DNA of 42,621 nucleotides. Origin: Stramenopiles sp. TOSAG23-2. Its lineage: Eukaryota. The notes beneath the pieces were generated by a model that saw nothing but the letters and a program-made list of their open reading frames with translations, searched no databases and was not told the origin of the DNA. The stretch spans positions 1 through 42,621 of the forward strand of contig LT649299.1 in the NCBI GenBank assembly GCA_900128395.1. The letters run 5' to 3'. The position numbers were made by a program, and so were the translations under genes. Position 1 is the stretch's first letter, and every line of letters starts with the position of its first letter. Of the stretch, positions 1 to 10,500 are shown piece after piece.

Positions 1-241
1 ATGGAATTACAGGGGCGTGTGCCATGTAAAAATTATATCCCCACTATGAGATATATAATAATTTAAAGATTTTATTTATATTTTAAAATAAAAAATTAAT
101 TTTTTATTTCTACCCATGACAATTCCGTCAAAAGAATTATACGGTTCGTATCATATGATATGATACCAGGTCAGTTTTACACATATTTAAAATAATATAA
201 TATTTTACGATACCTCTCTCCTACCTACGCTGTTATTTTAT

Positions 242-826
242 TTAAAAATCTAATGAACCAATACCCTCATTGTTTTTTTGATTATCATTATAATTATTAT
301 TCATATTTTTAATATTGGCATTTGTATCATTATTGTTTGTGCTGTTATTCTTATTTACAAATATTAAAATTGATTTATCTTTAATCAATAATAAGGCAGA
401 AAATTTTTTATACAAAAATTTAATATCCATAATTTTTTTATCAAAATCTCCATTTGATGGCTTTTCTAATAATAATTGTTGTATATTTGATTTCAAATTA
501 TTGATAATATGTAATATTCTGGTTCGACGCTGTGTAGTAGTTGAAAGCAATTTATTATTGCTATTATTGTTTTTTCTTGAATTATTATCAGCTAAGTCTA
601 AATTTTTAAGTTCTTTTTCAAATGTTGTTGCGACACCATAATAAAATCCGAATTCTTCTCCTAAATTATTACCATAATTTACACCTGTTGAATATGCGTT
701 GGAATCAATTAATTTATCTTCCAATTCTTTTATTGCCAACTCACGCCCTAGTTTTATATATACATTTTCTATATCATTTACAGCTGAAAAAATATCTTCA
801 TTGTCACTATTTATTAATTCATTCAT
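242..826 (-). CDS. LTO1: LTO1/ORAOV1-like protein (Yae1_N domain; CIA adaptor for ABCE1/Rli1)
   Basis: N-terminal DIFSAVNDIENVYIKLG followed by spaced glycines (AYSTGVNYGNNLGEEFGFYYG) and C-terminal IKFLYKKFSALL; size typical of the family. Confidence 0.6.
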   Translation of the reverse strand: MNELINSDNEDIFSAVNDIENVYIKLGRELAIKELEDKLIDSNAYSTGVNYGNNLGEEFGFYYGVATTFEKELKNLDLADNNSRKNNNSNNKLLSTTTQRRTRILHIINNLKSNIQQLLLEKPSNGDFDKKIMDIKFLYKKFSALLLIKDKSILIFVNKNNSTNNNDTNANIKNMNNNYNDNQKNNEGIGSLDF

Positions 827-1567
827 TTTTCGTCATGCCTTAAAAATACAGATACATTCACATATACTTAATTAAAAGAGAATCAAAATTGATATTGTTA
901 TTTGCCTATATATTCGTCTTATATTTTTATCATACAGATATTTATATTGACTTATTGCCTCATATATCTACCATTTTGGCTTATGTTTTCTATGCATAGC
1001 GTATATTAGACCATATATACGAACCTCGTAGAATATATAATAATATTTTTTATTAGTAGTAGTAGCTAGGCCTGCTGGGCTGGGCCAGCTGGGCCAGCCA
1101 TGAGGGCACAGCACTGTATAATACCACTGGTGGTAGTTGGAATGTGTTAAAAAATAGCTTAATCTAATAATGACGTGACGACTTTTTTCTTAAGTAGGTA
1201 CACTATCGGACTATCGGAACTACCTCTCTACCAAATATTTATACATAAATTAGTATAGTAAATTTTAGTACTTAAATTGGTTTTGAAATCCACTAGTTTC
1301 AATATACAGTAAATATTATTTCAAATAAAATAATAATAAAAATAATAATAGGTGCATACCAGGCATACAGTAGTTGCTAGATCTTTTAACAGGATTACTA
1401 ACTATATAATATCTGGCTATAATATCAATATATATATATTTATTTATAGTCCGTCGTCTATCAACATTATTCCATATTTATGATACACTTTTTTATAATA
1501 AATTTCTATCTATACAGATATCCAATTAGTATCGTTAATATTTTTGGGTTGATTGAATAAGTTAAGG

Positions 1568-3316
1568 ATGGAACTGATAGTGTGTGTAAAGGGAAACAAG
1601 AATATAAGAAGTAGAAGAAGTACAACCACAACATATACATCTTTTTTTTTTCTATTATTTATCTATCTTCTTCATCATCATACCACTAACGCTGCATATC
1701 GTTGTCAACGTGAATGTGTAAAATGGTCCGGGAGACGTAGCAAAGCAGATAAAGTAGGTTTTTGTCCAAATTTTAATTGGAAAAGCTGCCCGGTAACAGA
1801 AAATCTAGATACATCTGATTGGATGGCAGAAGAAATATATAAACATGTAATAAAACAAATGGGTACAAAAGGAGTACCAAAGATCAAAACGTGTAACGAG
1901 ACGTTAATACGATTTTCTTGTTTTATGGTATTTCCAGTATGTGAATCTGGAACTCATTCAATGCGTTTATGTGATAAAGATGACGAATTACTTAATAGTT
2001 TAAAATCATCTTGTCCCCATACGAACGTGACCATATTGAGCAATTTGATCAAACGAGCTCGTGATACGCATACATTATCAACACAAACCTCCTGTTTCCC
2101 GTTTGACTATAAAGGACCTGGACAATATGTTTATTGGTATGTCGGTTTTTTATTATGTACCATTTTCAGTGCATTATCTAGTGTTGCATTTAATTTACAA
2201 AAGTTAAGTATTAATGAAAATGATTTGTCCAATGATCCGAAACCAGTATATTTACAATGGAAATGGGTTTTAGGTTTAGTATTTCTAGTAACTGGCAGTT
2301 TAGTTGATTTTGTTGCATATGGATTAGCCCCACAATCATTATTAACACCATTAGCTGCATTGGTATTGGTATGGAATATATTAGTTGCAAAATGTTTCGG
2401 TGAGCAACCAGGAAAACGAGAGATTATATCGGTTTTTATTATATTTTCTGGCACCACATTAACAGTTGCCTTTGCAGATCATTACACACCATCATACTCC
2501 ATGGAAGATGTACGACAATTGTATCGCGAACCAAGAATGGTTGCATATGCCATTTTTGTACCAATTTTCATATGTTCACATTTATACGTGTTGCGAAATA
2601 TACAAAAAAACAACAGAATTAATGATACTAGTTTAGATGAACAGACAAAAATGTTTTATTCACGGATTGAATGTATATGTTATGCAGGCACAGCTGGTGT
2701 TATTGGTGGCCATGCGATATTATTTGCCAAGCAAGCGATGGAACTTTTAAAAAGTTGGGGTGCAGGGGAGAATATATGGGTCTATTACGAGATGTATTTA
2801 ATTTTAATCGGTGTGATTTTAGGTTTATTTGGCAATGTGTCATTTTTAAATACGGCATTGCGATATTACGACTCTTTGCAAGTGATACCAATTTACCAAA
2901 CATATTGGATTATCTTTGGTACAGCTTCTGGTTTAGTGTTCTTTGATGAAATTGGTGAAATGTCTGGAACACAAATTTTCTTTTTTTTCGTCGGATGTTT
3001 AATAAGTATAGCTGGTGTTCTCGTATTAAGTTTAAGACAAACTGTACGAATCAATACGAATGGTGGAATTAATGTCGATGTTGGTGATATGAATAATATT
3101 GATAATAAAGATGGTGGTGATGGTAATAATAGTAGTGGTGGTATGAGTAGGCATAGTGAAGAAGAACAAGAGGAGGATACAAAATCATTATTACATAATA
3201 CATCGGTTGATTCCTTATGTGATTTAGATGAAGATCGTGGGGAAGATGAAGCTACAGATTTTGGCACAATCAATATTGAAGTGGAAGTTAATAATGGCGG
3301 GGAAGATGGACAGTAA
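1568..3316 (+). CDS. NIPA-family Mg2+ transporter with N-terminal signal-like segment and Cys-rich Frizzled-like (CRD) domain
   Basis: NIPA motifs WKWVLGL, DFVAYGLAPQSLLTPLAALVLVWN, FLNTALRYYDSLQVIPIYQ, GLVFFDE; about 9 TM segments; 10-Cys region at ~1700-2100; first ATG at 1568 (ORF track starts at TTG 1553). Confidence 0.88.
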   Translation: MELIVCVKGNKNIRSRRSTTTTYTSFFFLLFIYLLHHHTTNAAYRCQRECVKWSGRRSKADKVGFCPNFNWKSCPVTENLDTSDWMAEEIYKHVIKQMGTKGVPKIKTCNETLIRFSCFMVFPVCESGTHSMRLCDKDDELLNSLKSSCPHTNVTILSNLIKRARDTHTLSTQTSCFPFDYKGPGQYVYWYVGFLLCTIFSALSSVAFNLQKLSINENDLSNDPKPVYLQWKWVLGLVFLVTGSLVDFVAYGLAPQSLLTPLAALVLVWNILVAKCFGEQPGKREIISVFIIFSGTTLTVAFADHYTPSYSMEDVRQLYREPRMVAYAIFVPIFICSHLYVLRNIQKNNRINDTSLDEQTKMFYSRIECICYAGTAGVIGGHAILFAKQAMELLKSWGAGENIWVYYEMYLILIGVILGLFGNVSFLNTALRYYDSLQVIPIYQTYWIIFGTASGLVFFDEIGEMSGTQIFFFFVGCLISIAGVLVLSLRQTVRINTNGGINVDVGDMNNIDNKDGGDGNNSSGGMSRHSEEEQEEDTKSLLHNTSVDSLCDLDEDRGEDEATDFGTINIEVEVNNGGEDGQ

Positions 3317-3636
3317 AATTTATTGGTGTGTTAAAATCTAAGGTTATATATATACGTAATAATTTTACACTCTTCCCGTGTTAAGTACGAAGTAATACGC
3401 TTCGTTTGCTCAATACTCAAGATATCGCAAGAATAATATTCTATCCTACGAGCTACTATTAGTAAAGCTCTAATGCACCTCTGCAAACTAATTACTCTAC
3501 AAGCACTGAGTAGGTTTCTATCCTTCCGTGCTCGATACGTATAATTTTTTGTTATGGGGGAGTTATTTTGATGTACAATTATTGGTAATGAGATTAGAGA
3601 CAATTTTTTCAGTCACTATATTTTTTCCCTTTTTTT

Positions 3637-4703
3637 TTACAATTCATTATTACTATTAAAATTATTATTTACAGAGCTATCCCTTCCATCATCCGCCGAA
3701 ATCATTTTTTTCTCCTTCTCCATTTCTTCCTCATCTTCCCTGGCTCCTTGATCATCATCTTCATCATTTGTTAAATGATATTTTGTGATGTACAATTGAA
3801 AACACGCATTTGTTTCTTTCTCACGTTCTATCCACTTTGATATAATTTTCAAATCATTATGATTATTTAATGGTACTGGTGTTACAAGTAACGTTTCTTT
3901 AAAATACTTCAATTTAATTTTTTCATTCCGTTTAAAATCCAACGGAATATCTCTTTCATGAAAATATATGTATATATTATATTTCAAATTATACAAATTA
4001 TTCCATACCGCTTGTTCATCTTTCAAGGTGGTATGGCAACGTGTAAATACATAAGGACAGACTTCAATTAAAATGTCTGGTCTATACGTACGTATAACAT
4101 TTAAACTTGACAAAAATGCGTCAAATTCACATCCTTCACAATCAATTTTTAATATTTTAACATCGATTTCAGTTGATAAATGATCTGTATCCTTCTTGTT
4201 CCATTTGATGATAATTCTGATATTAATAAAATTTTCAAAAATAATTTCATATGGTCATTGCATTTTTCAATATTTTTACTTATAAACGTTGCTTTATCAT
4301 TTGAATATTGATCAAAGATATCATCGTTATCATCACCATCATCGATATGATCATTATTAAAAAATGCATCTATAAACATATTGTTACATAATTTTTGAAC
4401 GTTTTCTTTTTCATATACATTAAATGTTTTGAATATTCGTGATTCGGGGGATTGGATTTGATTATGTATATTAAATTTCGTAAAACTAATTTGTATAGGT
4501 TTTCTCTTTTTTGATAAATTCGGACCACTGGATGGGCCATGTCTTCGTTGGCTCCCTTTCCTTCTTTGTCTATTTATATTGGCATTCGTTTTTGCATCGA
4601 TTGCTGTAGTAATGCATGATGATGATAACAATAATACAACTAAAATGATATCTATTAAATGGATGAATTTGAAAAGGATAATATTAGTATGGGATTTATT
4701 CAT
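3637..4703 (-). pseudogene. FkbM-family SAM-dependent methyltransferase, frameshifted/internally deleted
   Basis: Frame open 4254..3637 reads IDVKILKIDCEGCEFDAF...RPDILIEV (FkbM signature); N-terminal hydrophobic signal/anchor is in a different frame (4703..4149); no motif I (DxGAxxG) in either frame. Confidence 0.7.
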
Positions 4704-5640
4704 TATGTTTATTTTTAATTATATTTTTTAATTACAATGATATATAAAAAAATAATGATATACTGTAATATCAAGAAGAAGTTGAAATTTGTATTTGTAC
4801 ATTTATATATAGTATTATTCCAATTATATACCGTGTCCTCCCGACTATTATTACTTGAAATTACAGGAGCTAGTCGTCTACAGTATATGTACGTGCACAC
4901 ATGTATGTCCACATTTTTATATTCTTTTTATTCTTCTTCATTGTTCATTTTGGTCCATCATTTCGTCATTCGTCGAATGTTTTTATACCTTAACCTGTTA
5001 CCTGATGATGCGAAAAGAGGTTAAAGTTGCTAGCTCTAGTCGTATATTCTTGATAGCAGTTAGCAGTAATCAAAATAATATATTGAAATTATACAGGTTA
5101 AGGTATAATAAATAGACGTTTGAAAACTTAATACAAATCGTTTTCTTCCTGTAAGAGAAAATTTTATATACTCGTATATATTACCATATTTGTATACTTC
5201 GTGTACTATATAAAAAATAGCAGAGCGAGTCAAGCAAAGTCGACGACCAGTAAAAAAAAACAAAGAGATACAACAACCAACGTCAAGTTTTGATTCTTCT
5301 GAATCTATAAACCACGAATAATTCTCTTTCACAGGGCTTTCCGGGTTGGTTATATCTTTCCCTTTCACTTTATGATAATACTGATACTATTAATAGTATT
5401 CACCATTTAGTAGTCCTTAGGGATTATTATACTATTATAAAAAATTTAAACTATAAAAAAGAGAATATTTACCTACCTAGAGAGCGCATAATTATGCTTC
5501 GTACGAGTACTTCGTATCATATGGTCATATATAACTTATATAGTTTAGGTAAAATTATTACACACATTATTTTTTTATCATTTAAATTTGTTAAATTCAT
5601 GATACGAAAAATGTACTCTCTCTCTCTTCCTTTTTCCCTC

Positions 5641-6984
5641 TTATCTTGCATCTTTATTTGGATAATTCAAAATAACCTCATTTCCATATGGTACAAAATA
5701 TGCATAAAATTGAAATAAATCCGTCCATGGTGGCAACGCTCTATCGATACCAACTCTATATCGTTCTGGGTTACGATCAATTTGTACAAAAAAACGTGTT
5801 GTTCCAATAATTGGATTATCAAAAGCATAAAAACTGTCAACATATTGCCACCCCGAATGGGCACCACCACGCGATATTTTATATCGGAGACAACCTGCAT
5901 CATCATTACGTTGATGTATTGAAATTAATTTTAAACCCGGTGCCTTTTTATCAAAAGCAAAAAAAGAATAACATTGATACCATTCTACTTGTTCCGGATC
6001 TCTAGTTACATTGAAACGATGTGGTTCCCAATTTTCCTTTACATTCCATATAAGTGTGGAATAGCCAAAGAAATGCAAGCGTTGAAACCAGTAACCAATT
6101 GGCGGCCTTGGTGTTATCTTATGTCTATCTGGATCTTCCATATCATGTACATTAATTCGTGATAAACCAGGTTTGGGATCAACGTATGCGTAAAAAGAAA
6201 AGTCTTTTTCCATTTTACAATCTTCATTATTAAACATACGCCTTCCTGTTACTACTGGAATCTTGTTAGCATTATCATCGGATGTCTTGTTGCTGCCATT
6301 GTTCTCATTTTTATCATCATCTGCTGGTAATAATAGCAATGGCGACAGTTTAGAACGGACTGGTTCCCGTTTTTGAACTACATCAAATCTATGCGTATCA
6401 TGACAATATCGTTTAAATGCAAAAAAACTATACATATACATCCAACCAACCGTAGGTATATCTTCAGTAGTAAATTTATATCGTTGTGGTTTGTTTGAAG
6501 TCCAAACGTTTATCCGAAAAATAGACATATATGGATCGCCCCATACCATTTGCGAGGCTTTCAACATTTCAGTATTGCTTGCTGGATATTTCTTAGGTTG
6601 CCGCCATTTCGTTGGAAATGTTTCTGATGGTTTATAACCTTTCGGATTAAACCATACTCGTGTCATTTTTGGACCATCTTCTTCACCTTTTAAACAATCT
6701 GGCTTTTCATTAACAGTTTCCCCAGTTTTATTATTATGATACAACTTCTTGCCAGGATAATCTGGATCTTCAAGTTCTTCCCAATGCATCGGATCATTAT
6801 CATCAATGTCCTTTTCCGAGTCATCGTCGTTTCCATTATTATTATCTGCAACGTTATCCACAGATGGATCTTCCCACACGGTTTCCCCAGTTGTCGGGTT
6901 GTGATAGTATGGTTTTCCAGTCGCATCATCCCAATATTCTTGCCATTCAGAATGGACTTGAGTTGATGAATCCCATTCAGCCAT
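5641..6984 (-). CDS. Two WW domains plus about six ~43-aa W-x4-F[FY]A[FY] repeats
   Basis: WQEYWDDATGKPYYHNPTTGETVWEDP and WEELED...KLYHNNKTGETVNEKP; C-terminal repeats YSFFAF, FSFYAY, LHFFGY, YSFFAF, DSFYAF, FQFYAY. Confidence 0.85.
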   Translation of the reverse strand: MAEWDSSTQVHSEWQEYWDDATGKPYYHNPTTGETVWEDPSVDNVADNNNGNDDDSEKDIDDNDPMHWEELEDPDYPGKKLYHNNKTGETVNEKPDCLKGEEDGPKMTRVWFNPKGYKPSETFPTKWRQPKKYPASNTEMLKASQMVWGDPYMSIFRINVWTSNKPQRYKFTTEDIPTVGWMYMYSFFAFKRYCHDTHRFDVVQKREPVRSKLSPLLLLPADDDKNENNGSNKTSDDNANKIPVVTGRRMFNNEDCKMEKDFSFYAYVDPKPGLSRINVHDMEDPDRHKITPRPPIGYWFQRLHFFGYSTLIWNVKENWEPHRFNVTRDPEQVEWYQCYSFFAFDKKAPGLKLISIHQRNDDAGCLRYKISRGGAHSGWQYVDSFYAFDNPIIGTTRFFVQIDRNPERYRVGIDRALPPWTDLFQFYAYFVPYGNEVILNYPNKDAR

Positions 6985-7504
6985 TTCCTTTGATTTGGTA
7001 AACTTTTACTACTCAGATATATACTATATGAAAATATTTAGAAAGAGTGAACCCTGTATAGATATATATGTATAGACATAACCAGCTATATATATATATA
7101 TTATCTGTATAAAGTGAAAGTATTATTACTAATAATAGTATTAATAATAAAAATAATACGAAAAAGAAGTATATATAATATATATTATTAGTAGAGCTAG
7201 TAGTTTTGTGCAAATACCTCCTGGTGGTATTATACTGTAACAAAACGAAATAGTCGATTTTGCTCGACGTTCTCGAGAACCGTTATTGTATCTATACCTG
7301 GTAAATACTGTACCTGGTATAATACTAAAAGACAGACAGTATAGCACTAACAGGGAGAATTCTCCGTGGCACTAATAAATACTGAAAAAAGCTGCTGTGC
7401 GCGATCTGGCTATCCAGCTTCCTGACAATGCTGCGTCTATGTTAAAGAGGATAAAAGAGTACTATAGTACTACCAGGTTATGTTTTTACAATTATTCCAA
7501 AATG

Positions 7505-10500
7505 TTACAGAATGCGTTTCCTATTTTTATCGATTTGCTTTTTAGCTTCCAAGATATGAAGCAAGCCAACTTTCACACGCTTGTAATCATGCTCCATGCC
7601 TTCCCATAAACCAAGTATCATAGCTTTATCAAGTTCGTTAAATTGATTCAATAAATCATCTTCCGTACCATACCTAGCTTCTTCTTCATCCACGTAGTAC
7701 GGATCATATGGTACTTCATCATCGAGTGCCATCATATCTCCTTTCTTCAATTCGGTAAAGTCTAATCCAGCAATTCTTGCTTTTGCTTCCCTTTCTCTTC
7801 GTAATCTAGCCTCCATACGTTGTTGTTGCCGTACTTTTTCTTCTTGCATTGCTGCATCTTTAGCTCGTAATCGCACAACTTCATAATTCAATTTAACTAA
7901 ATCTTCTTCCATCTTGTACTTGTCGGCTAATTTCTTCTCAGCAATCTTTTGTTGCGTTCGTAACACTGATGCGCCTCCAGTACTGTTTTCTATCGAGTCA
8001 TTCACTTCATCTTTCCAACTCTGCAAGTCACTTCTCATATTTTGGACAAATAGTTGAGCATTGACCACTTTATTTTGCAAAAAATTCCATTTGTTTTTAG
8101 CTTGTCCAAGTGACGCTGTAAGCCTTTTCTTTTTCTTCTTTTTAACGCCTTTCGTAAATGCATCGATGGCAGATATTGAAATATCCTCTTTGCCTTTTTT
8201 CTTTTTCTTTCTCTTCGGTTTCACTACAATGGTCTTTGGTGTCTTAATGTTGATTTTTTGTTTGTGGGGTGATTTTCTTGGGGTTTCTATGTCTTCATTA
8301 TCACCTGTTTTGACTATAACTACCTCTTCGTCTGTTGCATTGTCATCTTTTTTCATTATATACTCAGAGGAAGTATATTTTTCACTTATAATACGACTTT
8401 CTATGCTTTCAACTTCGTCATCTTTTGTACGGCTTCTACTGCTATGGGAAGAAGAAGAATGTGAAGAGCGTGAGGAACCACTCCCTGAGGATGAATAAGA
8501 AGAGTAGGATGATCTAGACGATAGACTACCACTATCACTACGTGGGGATGATGAATAGGAAGAGAGGGAGGACTCACTTTGCGTTTCATCGTATGAAAGC
8601 CACTGGCGAGCACCAAATAATTCTATTCCACCTCCTAATTTTTTTTGAACATCTTCATCAGGGTCACTTTTATTTTTAGCCCTATCGTTTTCAATACTAT
8701 GGCGAAAGCGATCTGGCAAATTATATATAATTTGCTCTTTAAATGCTTCGATTATGCCACTGCTGTTACCAAATGAATATACTAGGCCAGAATTACTGAT
8801 GGTTAAAGAGTCTGAGTAACCACACGATATACTTTTCACATTAGTTTTCTTTTTCAATGTCATGTAATGTTCATATAAATCCTTTGCAATTGCATATAAC
8901 ACTTTTACGGTGACATTTATCATACGTTTAAATTCCCATGGCTGATCACGAATACGCTTGACCGCTTCTACATGCAATTCTTGTATCTTAAATAATAGAG
9001 CTTCATCCGTCATTGGTAAATTATCATGAAAATATTTAAATGTTGCATCTATCAACCATTCTCTTATCTCATTTGATGCTTTTTGCAATTCCGATAGACT
9101 TATTATTCGATACCGTGGCAAATGTTTATCATGAAATGTACTTTCAGCATATTCTCGTAGATCATTTATTAGTACTTCAACACCATCTTTGATCTTTTTA
9201 ATTTTCTCGTTGTAAGTACTAGTCATTAATGTTGGCTTTCGAATGCTTTGGCAAACATTTTCCCCATGTTCCCTAAACGTTTCAATGTGTTCATCAAGTA
9301 TGCTTTCAAAGAATCTTCGAAAGTCTGCAATGGAGACAGGATTATCTCGTGCGTTTAAAAATTTAGCGACTCTTGTCGATGCATCTTGGTCAAAAAATGA
9401 TTGTGTCCATTTAAACTGTTCATATATACCCAATATTTTTTGCTCTTTAGCCGTCACTTTGGAAAGGAAATATACTGGTCTCCAGCTCGATCTATTGCAT
9501 ATCGTACAAAATGCCGTATGTCGTGTTCTACTTTCAAAATAAACATCGTTGTGGCATTGCATACACTGCGTCGTATGCATATCATATTCAGATAGCAAAT
9601 ATTGCCATTCAATGACATCTAATAATTTATTGATGCCTTCATCAGATATGACATTTTCATTCAAATTAATTTCAGATAAAATTGGCAATTCTTGCAAACT
9701 TAACGATAACGCATGAATATGTTTATCATTTAATCCTAAATTGGACCAATTTACAATTCCTTTTCTAAGTTTTGGTTGCAATGGTTTGCGAAATTTTATT
9801 TTTTTTGCTACTGCTGTTTCCATCTTATCAATTCCTTTTGCAATTTGTTCAACCGGTGTCGATGGCCTTCGATATTGTTGCTCTGGATCATCGTCAAAAA
9901 CATTTTCGAGGCGTTGTTTTGTTTGTGGCGAAGCATGTACGCCATCATTTTCCAATAGTTCATGCAATTCCCGAGAAGGCGGACGTAAAGGATGATTTGC
10001 AATTGAATCCAATCTTTCTATTCCATGCATATTTCGTTTCATGTCCTTCTTTCCCGTATTTATAACAATGCCTATAGCTTGTAACCTAGCTACTTCTGCT
10101 TTTTGATTTACTTCATATTCAAACATTTTTCGTATTAGTTCTCTATCTACTTCTGCATTTAAATTAGCGCAATTATTTGTAAATATTCGAATAAATGTTT
10201 TTACATGCATTGACATAACAGCCGCTTTTGGTTTTAAATCATCATATTCATCGATGATCCATTTAAATGCTCTGTATGGTGGGGGAAAGTATCGTTTTCT
10301 TATTTGCTTCGCTTCAAATTTTTGCACTAAGAAGTTAATGAAGTCCCATTCATCTACATATCCAAATCCATCAGGCGTCGTGTCTAATATTTTTCGATAA
10401 CCTAAACCCCACGTACTTATATGCATCCGAAAAAGTATACGGCGAACTTCAATTTCTAACAGTTCTCCTGACGTGCCTAAATTTAATGCACGAAAGACTC

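Noticed and set aside
3331-3603. 90-aa minus-strand ORF between convergent genes
   Set aside because: Non-ATG start, no recognisable motif, probably UTR/spacer
4255-4257. TGA upstream of the FkbM frame as selenocysteine or recoded stop
   Set aside because: Further TAA/TGA stops lie immediately upstream in the same frame; other genes read normally with the standard code
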